A DNA stretch of 62,000 bases from Hyalangium minutum (GCF_000737315.1 NZ_JMCB01000003.1:144001-206000), one strand, 5' to 3'. Numbered from the stretch's first letter, positions 24,341 through 34,807 are shown. Translations and numbers: made by a program. The notes: a model not told the origin generated them from the letters alone.

Positions 24341-27070
24341 GTGAACCATCCTCTTGCCAGCCTCGTGGGACCGCTGCGCTACGCGTGCCAGCGGGACTTC
24401 GCCCAGCTCTCCACCGTGAGGGATCTGCGTGGCGTCATCGAGCGCACCCTGGCGGGGGCCTCGGGCGTGGAGCCGCGTGCCCTGTCGCTGTTGCGCGCCG
24501 CGCTGCCCCATGTGGACCACCCCCTGTTGGACCGTCGTAAGGCCGCCCTGCGGAGGGTGGTGGCGGCGCTGAAGATGGGCGGGGTGGCCCTGCCGGCCGA
24601 GCTGGAGCAGGTGATTCGCGGAGAGACGGGCGGCTTCTTGCCCGAGCCCGTGGGGGACGGCGGCGAGGCGAGGGCAGAGGCAGCCGTAGCGCCTGTGAGG
24701 CCTCCCTCGGGCAGGCAGGAGCCGGAGCGTGAGAGTCCGGCACAGCGCCCGGCGGCGGTTCCCGCTTGGAAGTCCTCAGAGCCCGTCGCGTCTCCCGCCG
24801 CGTTGAGGTTCTCTCCGGAGACTCCGGTCCGGCCTGCGGCTGCGCGGATGTCTCCTGCGGCCGAGAAGGCGGAGAAGGTCGAGAAGAAGGCCGCCCCCGC
24901 GAAGAAGCGCAAGAGCGCGCCTGGGGCAGAGGCATCCCGGGCCGAGGCGAAGCTCCTGTCCATCGCGCCGCGCTCGGGACCGCTGTCCGTTCCGCTCAAG
25001 ACGCTGGGCAAGCGGCTGGGTCCGCGTCTGCTGGGCGCCCTCAACAAGAAGGGCTTGCGCCGGGTGGGTGACATCCTCTTCCTGCTGCCGCGCTGCTACG
25101 AGGACCGGCGCCGTCTGCTGACCATCGCCGAGCTGAACCCCGGCGAGCGCGGCGTCACCGTGGGCATCGTCAAGCACGCGGACTATGCCGCCGGCCGCAA
25201 TGGCAAGCGCTACTTCAAGGCCGTCATCGCGGACCGCTCCGGCAGCATCGCCTGCACCTACTTCCACGCGGGCCCCTGGCTGAAGGCGCGCTTCACGGTG
25301 GGCAAGCGGATCGTGCTCTCGGGTGAGGTGCGCGCCTCCACCACCGGGCGCGAGATGGCCCACCCGGAGATCGAGCCTGCCGAGGACATCGAGTCCTCCT
25401 CCGTCCACTTCAGCCGCATCGTCCCGGTGTACCCAGGCTTCGAGCGGGGCGATCAGCGCTCGTTCCGCGAGGTCGCCGCTCGGGTTGCCGACTCCTACGC
25501 CCAGCACCTTGAGGAGCCTCTCCCCGAGTCTCTCCGCAAGCGGCTGGGGTTGATGACGCTCACCGAGGCCCTGCGCAGCATCCACTTCCCCCCGGATGAG
25601 TCGGACCTGGGCCTGCTCGATGCGCACCGCAGCCCCGCGCACCGGCGGCTCGCGTTCGATGAGCTGTTCTTCCTGCAGCTCGGGGTAGGGCTCAAGCGCC
25701 AAGGCGTGAAGGTGGAGAAGGGCATCGCCTTCAATGTCTCCCCCGAGCGGCTGGCACAGGCGCGGGGCGCGCTCCCGTTCCAGCTCACCGGCGCCCAGTC
25801 CCGGGTGGTCGAGCAGCTTGCCCAGGACATGGCTCGCTCCGAGCCCATGAACCGGCTCGTCCAGGGCGACGTGGGCTCTGGCAAGACGGCCGTGGCACTC
25901 GTGGCCGCGCTGGTTGCGCTGCAGGACGGCTACCAGGTGGCCGTGATGGCGCCCACGGAGATCCTCGCCGAGCAGCACGAGCGCACCTTCCAGCGCCTCC
26001 TGGAGCCGCTCGGGTTCCGGGTGGGGCTGGTCAGCGCCGCCGGTACCGCCAAGCAGAAGCGCGAGGTCCGCGAGGCCGTGGCCCGAGGGGAGATCCACCT
26101 CGCCGTGGGCACGCACGCGCTCGTCCAGGAAGAGATGTCCTTTGATCGGCTGGGGTTGGCTGTCATCGACGAGCAGCACCGCTTCGGTGTGCTCCAGCGC
26201 CACACGCTCATGAGCAAGGGCCCCAAGCCGGACGTGCTGGTGATGACCGCCACGCCCATCCCTCGCACCCTGGCGATGACGCTCTATGGAGATCTGGACG
26301 TCTCCATCATCGACGAGCTGCCCCCGGGCCGTACGCCCGTGTCCACCCGTGTCTTCAGTGAGCAGCACCGTCCTCGCGTCTACGAAGGTGTGGCCGCCGA
26401 GCTGGCCAAGGGCCACCAGGCCTACGTCGTCTATCCGCTGGTCGAGGAGTCCGAGAAGCTCGACCTGGAGGACGCCACGCGGGGCGCGGACAAGCTCCAG
26501 CAGGTGTTCCCACAGGCGCGGGTGGGCCTGCTCCACGGGCGCATGAAGCCCGAGGAGAAGGACGCCGTCATGGAGGACTTCCGCCAGAAGCGCATCCACC
26601 TCTTGGTGTGCACCACCGTGGTGGAGGTGGGCGTGGACGTGCCCAACGCCTCGGTGATGGTCATCGAGCACGCCGAGCGCTTCGGCCTCTCGCAGCTGCA
26701 CCAGTTACGCGGCCGGGTGGGGCGCGGCGCCGCCGTGAGCCACTGCTACCTCGTGGCCAGCCCGGCCCGATCCTGGGAGTCCACCGAGCGTCTGTCGGTG
26801 ATGGAGCACAGCAATGACGGCTTCGTCATCGCGGAGAAGGATCTGGAGATCCGCGGGCCCGGCGAATTCCTCGGCACGCGGCAGAGCGGAATGCCCGAGC
26901 TCGCGGTGGCCAACCTGGCGAGGGACGGGGATCTGCTCGCGGTGGCCCAGGTCGAGGCCCGGCGCATCCTGGAGGCGGATCCGCACCTGCGTGCCTCCGA
27001 TCATCAGGGGCTGGTCAAGGCGCTCGAGGAGCGGTGGGAAGGCCGGTTGGCGCTGGCCCAGGTGGGGTAG
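24341..27070 (+). CDS. recG: ATP-dependent DNA helicase RecG with N-terminal extension
   Basis: RLAFDELF, QGDVGSGKT, DEQHRFG, MTATPIPRT, QLRGRVGRG, RGPGEFLGTRQSG. Confidence 0.97.
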   Translation: MNHPLASLVGPLRYACQRDFAQLSTVRDLRGVIERTLAGASGVEPRALSLLRAALPHVDHPLLDRRKAALRRVVAALKMGGVALPAELEQVIRGETGGFLPEPVGDGGEARAEAAVAPVRPPSGRQEPERESPAQRPAAVPAWKSSEPVASPAALRFSPETPVRPAAARMSPAAEKAEKVEKKAAPAKKRKSAPGAEASRAEAKLLSIAPRSGPLSVPLKTLGKRLGPRLLGALNKKGLRRVGDILFLLPRCYEDRRRLLTIAELNPGERGVTVGIVKHADYAAGRNGKRYFKAVIADRSGSIACTYFHAGPWLKARFTVGKRIVLSGEVRASTTGREMAHPEIEPAEDIESSSVHFSRIVPVYPGFERGDQRSFREVAARVADSYAQHLEEPLPESLRKRLGLMTLTEALRSIHFPPDESDLGLLDAHRSPAHRRLAFDELFFLQLGVGLKRQGVKVEKGIAFNVSPERLAQARGALPFQLTGAQSRVVEQLAQDMARSEPMNRLVQGDVGSGKTAVALVAALVALQDGYQVAVMAPTEILAEQHERTFQRLLEPLGFRVGLVSAAGTAKQKREVREAVARGEIHLAVGTHALVQEEMSFDRLGLAVIDEQHRFGVLQRHTLMSKGPKPDVLVMTATPIPRTLAMTLYGDLDVSIIDELPPGRTPVSTRVFSEQHRPRVYEGVAAELAKGHQAYVVYPLVEESEKLDLEDATRGADKLQQVFPQARVGLLHGRMKPEEKDAVMEDFRQKRIHLLVCTTVVEVGVDVPNASVMVIEHAERFGLSQLHQLRGRVGRGAAVSHCYLVASPARSWESTERLSVMEHSNDGFVIAEKDLEIRGPGEFLGTRQSGMPELAVANLARDGDLLAVAQVEARRILEADPHLRASDHQGLVKALEERWEGRLALAQVG

Positions 27071-27124
27071 CCGCCTGCCAGGACCCACGCACCGTGGCTA
27101 GATTCCCAGGAGCGGGGTGCGGCC

Positions 27125-27760
27125 ATGGGTGACTTGGAGCTCGCGGACTTCCTGGAGCGGCAGGGGATCCGAGATCGGCGGGTGCTCGATGCAATCCGGC
27201 GCTTGAGCCGGGCGGACTTCGTTCCGGAGACCGCGCGCGATGCCGCCACCCAGGACTCCCCGTTGTCCATTGGTCATGGGCAGACCATCAGCCAGCCCTA
27301 CATCGTGGCGCTCATGTCCCAAGCCCTCGAGCTGCAGGGACACGAGCGGGTGCTGGAGATCGGCACCGGCTCGGGCTACCAGACAGCCGTCCTGGCGCTC
27401 CTGTGTCGGGAAGTGTACTCCGTGGAGATCGTGCCCTCGCTCGCCCGCTCGTCGAGGAAGCTGCTGAGGCAGTTGGGCTTCGAGAACGTCTATCTGCGGC
27501 TGGGGGATGGCACGCAGGGGTGGCCCGAAGCCGCGCCCTTTGACGCCACTATCGGCACGGCGGCTCCCGAGGCCGTACCTCCCAAGCTGCTCGGGCAGCT
27601 TCGGCCCGGGGGGCGCATGGTCATCCCGGTGGGTTCCCAGGGGCAGAGCCAGGAACTGCTGCGAATCACCCGCGCCCGGCAAGGCGGTGTCCCCCGGGTC
27701 GAGCACCTGCTCCCCGTGCGGTTCGTGCCGATGACGGGGGAGGCCTTGAACCCGGGGTAG
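27125..27760 (+). CDS. pcm: Protein-L-isoaspartate O-methyltransferase
   Basis: GQTISQP, LEIGTGSGYQTA, GDGTQGWPEAAPFD, VRFVPM. Confidence 0.95.
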   Translation: MGDLELADFLERQGIRDRRVLDAIRRLSRADFVPETARDAATQDSPLSIGHGQTISQPYIVALMSQALELQGHERVLEIGTGSGYQTAVLALLCREVYSVEIVPSLARSSRKLLRQLGFENVYLRLGDGTQGWPEAAPFDATIGTAAPEAVPPKLLGQLRPGGRMVIPVGSQGQSQELLRITRARQGGVPRVEHLLPVRFVPMTGEALNPG

Positions 27761-27807
27761 AGCACTGTGCGTTGCCCCCGGGCGCCTCGGCCCGTTAACG
27801 TGCGCTC

Positions 27808-28389
27808 ATGATCATCTGCCCGGTGTGTGAGCACCAGCAGGCCCAAGGGGACGAGTGCGACAACTGTGGCAAGAAGCTCCAGGTGCCCAGAGCCGCCGCC
27901 GCCGTGGCCGTGCAAACCCTCCCTGAACTCGAGCAGACCCTCCACGCGGGTGGGCGTGTGGCGGTCGATGCCCCTCTTATTCCCGAACTGGACTCGACCC
28001 GCCAGAAGGCCGGGCCGGACCTGCCCGTCCAGGTGGTGCAGGACATGGAGACCACCCGCGCGGCGCCCATCGACAAGGTGAGCGTCGAGGCCGTGACGGA
28101 CCTGGACACGGGCCGCGCGGCGGATGACGGGGTTCGCACGGCGGCGCCCACGGGCGCAGTGGTGTGCCGGTACTGCCGCAACGTCCAGGCCGATGGCATT
28201 GTGTGCGACAAGTGCGGCATGCGGCTGCCCAAGGCCCGTCCTGCCCCGCAGGCCGCGGCGAAGGGGGCTGGGGCCTCCGCGTCGGCGGAGGATCTGACGT
28301 GGATGCCGTGCCAGAAGTGCCGGACGCCCACCCGGCCCAACAAGATCTGCTCGGTCTGTGGCACGCGCGTGGTAGCAGTCGACGCATGA
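27808..28389 (+). CDS. Triple zinc-ribbon protein
   Basis: CPVC/CDNC, CRYC/CDKC, CQKC/CSVC. Confidence 0.75.
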   Translation: MIICPVCEHQQAQGDECDNCGKKLQVPRAAAAVAVQTLPELEQTLHAGGRVAVDAPLIPELDSTRQKAGPDLPVQVVQDMETTRAAPIDKVSVEAVTDLDTGRAADDGVRTAAPTGAVVCRYCRNVQADGIVCDKCGMRLPKARPAPQAAAKGAGASASAEDLTWMPCQKCRTPTRPNKICSVCGTRVVAVDA

Positions 28390-29726
28390 GCACTCAGCCG
28401 AGTTCCGGTTTCCGCGCGGAGTACGCCTGCAGCGAGGGCTGCGGCTTCCGCGCATCCTTGTGGGAAGTCATCTACCGCTGCCCGAAGTGCGGCTCGCTGC
28501 TGGAGGTGGCGCACGATCTGGAGGCGCTGCGCTCGGTGCCGGCGGCGGAGTGGAAGCGCCGCTTCGAGTCACGGTTCGGGTCCGCGCGGCTGCCGAATGC
28601 CTCGGGCGTGTGGGGCAAGCACGAGTGGGTGTGCCCCGAGCTGCCCGTGGAGGACATCGTCTCGCTGGGCGAGGGCCGGGTGCCGCTCATGCCGCTGCGG
28701 CGGATGGCCTCCGAGCTGGGGCTGGCGAGCCTGGAGCTCAAGGAGTGCGGCGTCTCGCCGACGGGGAGCTTCAAGGACTGGGGCATGACGGTGCTGGTGT
28801 CCGCGGTGAAGCACCTGCGGGCCCGGGGCGTGCCCATCCGCGCGGTGGCATGCGCGTCCACGGGAGACACCTCGGCGGCGCTGTCCGCGTACGCGGCGGC
28901 GGCGGGGATCCCCTCGGTGGTGTTCCTGCCCAAGGACAAGGTGTCGCTGGCACAGCTGGTGCAGCCCATCGCCAACGGGGCGAAGGTGCTCTCGCTGGAC
29001 ACGGACTTCGACGGCTGCATGAAGCTGGTGCAGCAGGTGACGGAGGACCGGGGGCTGTATCTGGCCAACTCGATGAACTCGCTGCGCATCGAGGGCCAGA
29101 AAGTGGTCGCCATGGAGCTGTGCCAGGACCTGGACTGGGAGCCGCCGGACTGGGTGGTGATCCCTGGCGGCAACCTGGGCAACGCGAGCGCCCTGGGCAA
29201 GGGCTTCCAGATGCTGAAGGCCATGGGGCTGATCTCCCGGCTGCCGCGGATCGCGGTGGCGCAGGCGCAGCGGGCCAACCCGCTGTTCCGGGCCTTCCGT
29301 GGCGGATTCCAGGAACTGCTGCCGATGAAGGCGGAGAAGACGCTGGCCTCGGCGATCCAGATTGGCAATCCGGTGTCGTTCCGGCGGGCGGTGCGGACGT
29401 TGCAGGCGTTCGACGGGGTGGTGGAGGAGGCCACGGAGTCCGAGCTGGCGAACGCAGCGGCCCGGGCCGATCGCGAGGGCACCTTCACCTGCCCGCACAC
29501 GGGCGTGGCGCTGGCGGCGGTGGAGAAGCTGGTGGCCCAAGGGGTGATCGCCAAGGGCTCGCGGGTGGCGGTGGTGTCCACGGCGCACGGACTGAAGTTC
29601 GCGGACTTCAAGGTGGGGTACCACCGGGGCACGCTGGCGGACGTGGAGAGCCGGCGGGCCAATCCCCCAGTGGAGCTGCCGGCGGAGCTGGGGGCAGTCC
29701 GCAAGGCCCTGGAATCTCTGGGTTAG
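28386..29726 (+). CDS. thrC: Threonine synthase (start moved to ATG 28386)
   Basis: PTGSFKDWG, CASTGDTSAA, NSMN, PGGNLGN, LASAIQIGNPV, STAHGLKF. Confidence 0.93.
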   Translation: MSTQPSSGFRAEYACSEGCGFRASLWEVIYRCPKCGSLLEVAHDLEALRSVPAAEWKRRFESRFGSARLPNASGVWGKHEWVCPELPVEDIVSLGEGRVPLMPLRRMASELGLASLELKECGVSPTGSFKDWGMTVLVSAVKHLRARGVPIRAVACASTGDTSAALSAYAAAAGIPSVVFLPKDKVSLAQLVQPIANGAKVLSLDTDFDGCMKLVQQVTEDRGLYLANSMNSLRIEGQKVVAMELCQDLDWEPPDWVVIPGGNLGNASALGKGFQMLKAMGLISRLPRIAVAQAQRANPLFRAFRGGFQELLPMKAEKTLASAIQIGNPVSFRRAVRTLQAFDGVVEEATESELANAAARADREGTFTCPHTGVALAAVEKLVAQGVIAKGSRVAVVSTAHGLKFADFKVGYHRGTLADVESRRANPPVELPAELGAVRKALESLG

Positions 29727-29801
29727 GGCCGCAGGGAAGGCGGGGCAGGGGCGCGCGGGCGGCTCGACGCCGGGCCGAGGCTGCGCTATGTCCCCGGCCC
29801 C

Positions 29802-30143
29802 GTGAACGCCCCTACCTCCGATGAGTTGCGCTCTCAGCATGAGCGCCTTCAGGCCAGCCTGGCCACGCGCCAGAGCGTCCTGCACTTCGCCCACACGGGC
29901 GTGTCGATCCTCGTGGCGATGATCCTCTCGGGGGCGGCGGCCAAGCTGTTCTGGGACTCGTCGAAGGTGCCGTACCTGGGCTTCGCGGTGGTCGCCGTGG
30001 TGCTGGGATTGGTGAGCTACAGCGTGGTGCACTACCGCAAGGGGCGCCGGGAACTGGCCGAGGAGCTGAAGCGCTACGGCGATCTGCTGGAGCTGCGCCG
30101 CCAGCTGCAACTGGACAACCCCTCGAAGCTGCTGCCCCGGTGA
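29802..30143 (+). CDS. Hypothetical two-TM membrane protein
   Basis: Two hydrophobic helices; GTGA overlap with tmk. Confidence 0.7.
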   Translation: MNAPTSDELRSQHERLQASLATRQSVLHFAHTGVSILVAMILSGAAAKLFWDSSKVPYLGFAVVAVVLGLVSYSVVHYRKGRRELAEELKRYGDLLELRRQLQLDNPSKLLPR

Positions 30144-30805
30144 GCGCGCTCCGCAGAAAGGCCGCGGGGCGCGGGCGTTTCCTCGTCCTGGAGGGACTGG
30201 ACGGCGCGGGGACCACGACGCAAGCCGAGCGGCTTGCGGCGGCCCTGCGCGCGGACGGGCACTCGGTGATGACGACGCGGGAGCCCTCGGATGGGCCCAT
30301 TGGGACGCTGATCCGTCAGGCGCTCACGGGGCGATTGGTACTGCCCGGGGGCGCGGGCCCGCTGGCGCAGGAGACGCTGGCGCTGCTCTACGCGGCGGAC
30401 CGGACGGATCACCTGAAGGCGAGGGTGCTGCCGGCGCTGGAGGCAGGGCAGATCGTCATCAGCGATCGGTACGTGCTGTCCTCGCTGGCGTACCAGGGCG
30501 CGAGCTTGTCCATGGCGTGGGTGGAGGCGGCGAACGGGTACGCGGTGCCGCCGGATCTCACGCTGTTCGTGCACGTGTCTCCAGCGGTGGCGGCACAGCG
30601 GCGGGCGGCGCGGGGAGGGGCGAAGGAACTGTTCGAGGAGGACGCGCTCCAGCGGCGGATTGCCCGCCAGTACGAAGAGGCGATCCGCCGGCGCGAGGCG
30701 CAGGAGAAGATCGTCCGGATCGACGGCGAGCAATCCGTGGAGGCCGTGACGGAGGCCTGCCTGGCGGAGATCCGCAAACTGTTCGGGCGCAAGCGCGCGC
30801 GCTGA
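30140..30805 (+). CDS. tmk: Thymidylate kinase
   Basis: LEGLDGAGTTTQ, TREP, AADR, SDRY..SSLAYQG. Confidence 0.93.
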   Translation: MSALRRKAAGRGRFLVLEGLDGAGTTTQAERLAAALRADGHSVMTTREPSDGPIGTLIRQALTGRLVLPGGAGPLAQETLALLYAADRTDHLKARVLPALEAGQIVISDRYVLSSLAYQGASLSMAWVEAANGYAVPPDLTLFVHVSPAVAAQRRAARGGAKELFEEDALQRRIARQYEEAIRRREAQEKIVRIDGEQSVEAVTEACLAEIRKLFGRKRAR

Positions 30806-30808
30806 GGG

Positions 30809-33597
30809 CTAAGGCAGCCGGAGCTGGAGCACCACGGTGATGTAGGTGGGCCCCACTTTGGTGATCTCGTAGTTCACGGTTCCCTGGTGCCGGACGGCGA
30901 CCCAGAACGAGGTGCCGTCGGCGGAGCTCATCAGTGGCGTGGCCTTGTTGCCCAGCAGATCGCCTCCGTAGGTGAAGAAGTAGGAGGGATCGTTGATCCG
31001 TCCATACTCGAGCCCCGCGTTGTAGCTGGGCCGGACAGAGATCGTCCCCGAGGCCGTCGAGGTGAGGGCGAAGTGGCCGGCCCGCAGGTCGAGGTTGGAG
31101 ACTGGTGTCGCGGCCAGCGGCCGCCCGTCCAGCGCATGCTCGGCGAGGAAGTAGGCCTGTGCATTGAACGGCACGTAGCCGTTGCCGATGTCCAGGTACC
31201 CTTCGGTGGGGTGCCAGAGGGAGAGGACCCGATCCGGTCCGAGGACGATCGCCGTGAGGACTCCGCCCCTGACGGTCTGGGTGCCTGTGGGTGCGCCGTC
31301 CTGGAAGAGCGTGAGCGTGGAGAGCGCAACGGTGTTGAAAGGGTTGGGGAGTGCCACGGTCGCGCGCCCGTTCGCCAGGGCGAGCCCCGCAGTGCCCGCT
31401 GCCGCCGCGTCCGCTTGTAAGCCCCGGAAGAGCACACTCCCTGTGGAGTTCCGATAGACGAACAGGTTGAACGCGGAGACGCCCAGCGAGCCGAAGCCGT
31501 TGACGTTCGAGAGCACCAGGCCCGCCGTGTCATCGTTGCCCACGGCGGCGGCCATCAGCTGGGTCCCGGAGGGCACATCGGCGAGGCGCTCCAGGGCCTG
31601 GAAGCTCCCGTTGGCATAGTGGGCGAGGACCAGGACGGGCGCGGAGTTGCTGCCCACCGTGCCGCTGGGGAAGCTCAGAGAGCGATCGGCATAGAAGAGC
31701 GCGGAGGTCGTTCCATTGGACTGGATCCCGATCGCAACAGGGGTCATGGGCACGGTCGCGGCCCACACCTGCCCATTGGCTTCACGGACCGCGAGCACCT
31801 CTCCGGACGGGAGGGTGGCCACCGTGCCGCCGAAGGAGATGTCGCCATTGGTGGTGGCGATGATCGCGACGCGGCCATCGCGGGCGGCGAACCGGTTCAC
31901 CCCGACGGTCGATCCATTGGCGGTGGTGATCGGGAGGACGGCAGCCACGGGCGTGTGCCGGAACCGGATAGAGGCCGGGGTCGTGGGGCCTGCGGGCACG
32001 TCGAACCAGATGTATCCATAAAGGGACAAGAAGGGCTCGTAGCCGGGGTATTGCTCCAGCACGCTGCGAGCGTCGGGCTCGAAGAAGAGCTGGTGGCGTG
32101 AGCCGACTGGGAGCTCGACGGTGCAGGTGGAGGTGCAGTCGATGGTGCCATCCGCCGAGCGCACCCTGCCGCCGCCGGTCCCCCCGAAAGTGAAGGTGAT
32201 GGTCGTCCGCTCGCGGACGAACTGCGCGTCGGGCGGCCGGATGAAGACGCGATGGCCATCCCACGCGGCGGCGATCGTGCCGTCCGGGCCCACAGCGGCA
32301 GTGGGGTGATAGAAGGGGTCTGGGCTGGGACTTCCGCCCTCGGGGCCAGACTGCTCGGGGTTGATCAGCTCCGAGCGGAGGCTGCCGTCGCGAGCCACCT
32401 CCGTGAGTGCAAGCGGTGGGTGGCGTCCCTTGTAGAGCCCGTGGACGACTCGCAGGGGCCCATCGTCGCGCGTGGCGATGCGAGGGTAGGCGATGGGGCC
32501 CAGCTCGTACGAGGTCCAGGCGGTCCCGTCATACACGCCATAGATTCCGCGGCCGCTGATGACGTATCCGCCCAGGCCATCCGGGTTGCTGCCGATCTCG
32601 TCATAGACGTACGTGACGTGGACCTGACCGCGCCCGTCCACTCTCACGCTGCCGCCGAAGCCCGCGGCCACTCCGTCCTTCGGGAGAGGGATGAGCTCGA
32701 AGCCTCCGGCCCGTTGGTAGAAGACCTTCTGGTACGACTCCACGAGCAGCACCAGGTTGCCATTCGCATCCAGGGTGCCGTCCACCATCCGCGCGGACAG
32801 GGGCTCTCCCGTCATCAGGGCTGGCAAGGCCACGCGGCTCCAAGCGCCGGAGTCGCGGCGGTAGAGCTCCACCTCTCCGTTGGTCCTGTTGACGAGGACA
32901 TGAGGCAGGCCGTTGTGCAGGAGCACGCGCATCTCGTAGACGGGGTTGCCCTGTCCGGCGACGCGCTCTTCGGTCCATTCGCTTCGGCCTCCCAGGGGAC
33001 GGGAGCGGTAGAAGAGCTCGTAGGAGCTCTGGGCGAGATAGGCGAAGTGGAGGGTGGTCTCATCCACGGCCATGCCCGAGTTGCGGAAGGCGGGCAGGGG
33101 AGACAGCACCGGCTCACACGCGCCCGTGAAGCGGCTGTACGTGGCTGGGGCGATGGGGTTGGAACCACAGGAGAGGCTTCCGCCGCTGACGGAGGTGGCC
33201 GCATGGACACCGCCCCGGGCATCCACCGCCAACGAGGTGGCACCGGAGAGAAATGCGGAGCAAAGCAGTCCCGGCACCTCGAAGTAGCCGTGGGAGAGGG
33301 CGGAGGAAGCGCACGTGGCGGACCAGGAGAAGGAGCGGCTGCCGGAGGTGGCCTGGGTGGACTGGAGCTTGAGTTCTCCTTGGCGAGTGAGTGCGAGGAT
33401 GCGCGTGCGCAACTGGGTGCCAGGAGGCGTCTTCGAGTCCCGGATCACGGTCTGTAGCAGCTCGCCGTTGTTCACCTCGAAGGTGGCGATCTGGGCGGCT
33501 TCCCCCAAGGAGCCGCGCGTGCCCACATAGCCGAGCCCTTGCAGTCACAGGCCGAGGCAGCCAGGGAAAGGAGCACACCCAGGAGCAATGAGCGCAA
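30809..33597 (-). pseudogene. Large (~930 aa) beta-rich lipoprotein, frameshifted after the signal peptide (pseudogene or sequencing error)
   Basis: AGGAGG-6 nt-TTG at 33597 encodes MRSLLLGVLLSLAASA-CDCKG, 1 nt out of frame with the 905-aa ORF 30809-33526; the body has propeller-like repeats and a GGGRVRS..IDCTSTC Ig-like repeat. Confidence 0.65.
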
Positions 33598-33692
33598 GAA
33601 GGACCTCCTGTTGGGGGGATCTCTTCATAGCACTCTGAGTGCGTCCTGGTGGGAGGTCAGGTACGCTCGTGGTCGCTCATCCGCGAGGGCTC

Positions 33693-33908
33693 ATGAACCT
33701 GCGTGCAAAGCTGGTGCTTGGGGGCCTGTTGGTTGTCGGGACAGGCTGTCCGCATGACTGGATGAAGGGGGGCACCAACGATCGGGCCATGGCCAAGGAC
33801 ATGCGGGAGATGCTGGAGGATGACGAGGAGTGTCCTGAGGGAAAGACCCTGCGGGCAGATTGCGTGAACACGCTTCCTGACGGTTCCTGCCGGGTGACAT
33901 GTCAGTGA
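33693..33908 (+). CDS. Small (71 aa) lipoprotein
   Basis: MNLRAKLVLGGLLVVGTG-C lipobox; C-terminal CPEG..C..C...C. Confidence 0.75.
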   Translation: MNLRAKLVLGGLLVVGTGCPHDWMKGGTNDRAMAKDMREMLEDDEECPEGKTLRADCVNTLPDGSCRVTCQ

Positions 33909-34795
33909 GCGGCCGCACGTGGCCGGTATGGGTGGGGGCTCTCCTGCTGCCTGTGCCGCTCGTCTTGTTGGTGAGCCAGGTGTTCCACGCTGGATTCAGA
34001 TCAGGTGGTGCAGGGGATGAGCGCTTCAGCCCCGTGCTGTCTCTGGAAGAGAAACGAAGACTGCTGACCTTCGATCACACCTGCCAAGGCAGCGAAGATT
34101 GCGAGTCCCCCCTCGGCTGCCTTCAGGATTTCAGGCGATTCAATCTGAGCGTGTGCATCAGCAGTGAGTGTGAAGTGGATACCCAATGTCCTGAGGGCCA
34201 AGCGTGCAGAGCATTCAAGACGCAAGGGGACGGACCTCTGGTTCGCTTGTGTGTAGCAACAGGCACACGCAGGGAAGGCCAGGGCTGCAGCCGTCTCCCC
34301 AACAGGCAGGATCAAGCTTGTGAGCAGGGACTGCTCTGCAACAAGGGGTACTGCGGGCGACCGTGCCAGCCAGGAACCTCGGACGGCTGCCCGAACGGTT
34401 TCGTCTGCGGGGAAGGTCCTGAGTTCGCTTCGTGCCTGCCTGCATGCGAGGAGGGGCAGTGCCCTCAGGGACAAGAATGCGTTCCCTTCGAGGGGCGTTT
34501 CGCGGTCTGTGCCCGAGTGGTTGGAGACAACTGCAGGAGGGCTCCGTGTCCTCAGGGCCAGGAGTGCCGGATCGGTCAAGCCCCAGGGGAGGGGGACAGA
34601 GTGACGATGGAATGCCTCACTCCGTGCGACGCTCGGGAGCGCCCATGCCCAGCGGGTTCTGCTTGCTTCTTTGGGTACTGTGGACGCGTTTGCGATCCGA
34701 AGAGTGAGGGGGCTTGCGGTCCACGTGAGTTCTGCAACCTGCACATGAACCCCACCTCCCGCGAGAAGTTCTGGTTCTGCAGCCCCCAGCAGTAG
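33905..34795 (+). CDS. Membrane-anchored cysteine-rich protein (about 32 Cys)
   Basis: N-terminal TM, repeated C..C.CPxGxxC modules; GTGA overlap with the upstream gene. Confidence 0.8.
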   Translation: MSGRTWPVWVGALLLPVPLVLLVSQVFHAGFRSGGAGDERFSPVLSLEEKRRLLTFDHTCQGSEDCESPLGCLQDFRRFNLSVCISSECEVDTQCPEGQACRAFKTQGDGPLVRLCVATGTRREGQGCSRLPNRQDQACEQGLLCNKGYCGRPCQPGTSDGCPNGFVCGEGPEFASCLPACEEGQCPQGQECVPFEGRFAVCARVVGDNCRRAPCPQGQECRIGQAPGEGDRVTMECLTPCDARERPCPAGSACFFGYCGRVCDPKSEGACGPREFCNLHMNPTSREKFWFCSPQQ

Positions 34796-34807
34796 AGTCT
34801 GGTGCCC

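Noticed and set aside
33526-33628. TGA read-through (selenocysteine) from ATG 33628 into the 905-aa ORF
   Set aside because: That frame encodes no plausible leader, whereas the shifted frame has an RBS, a TTG start and a lipobox; a frameshift explains the data better.
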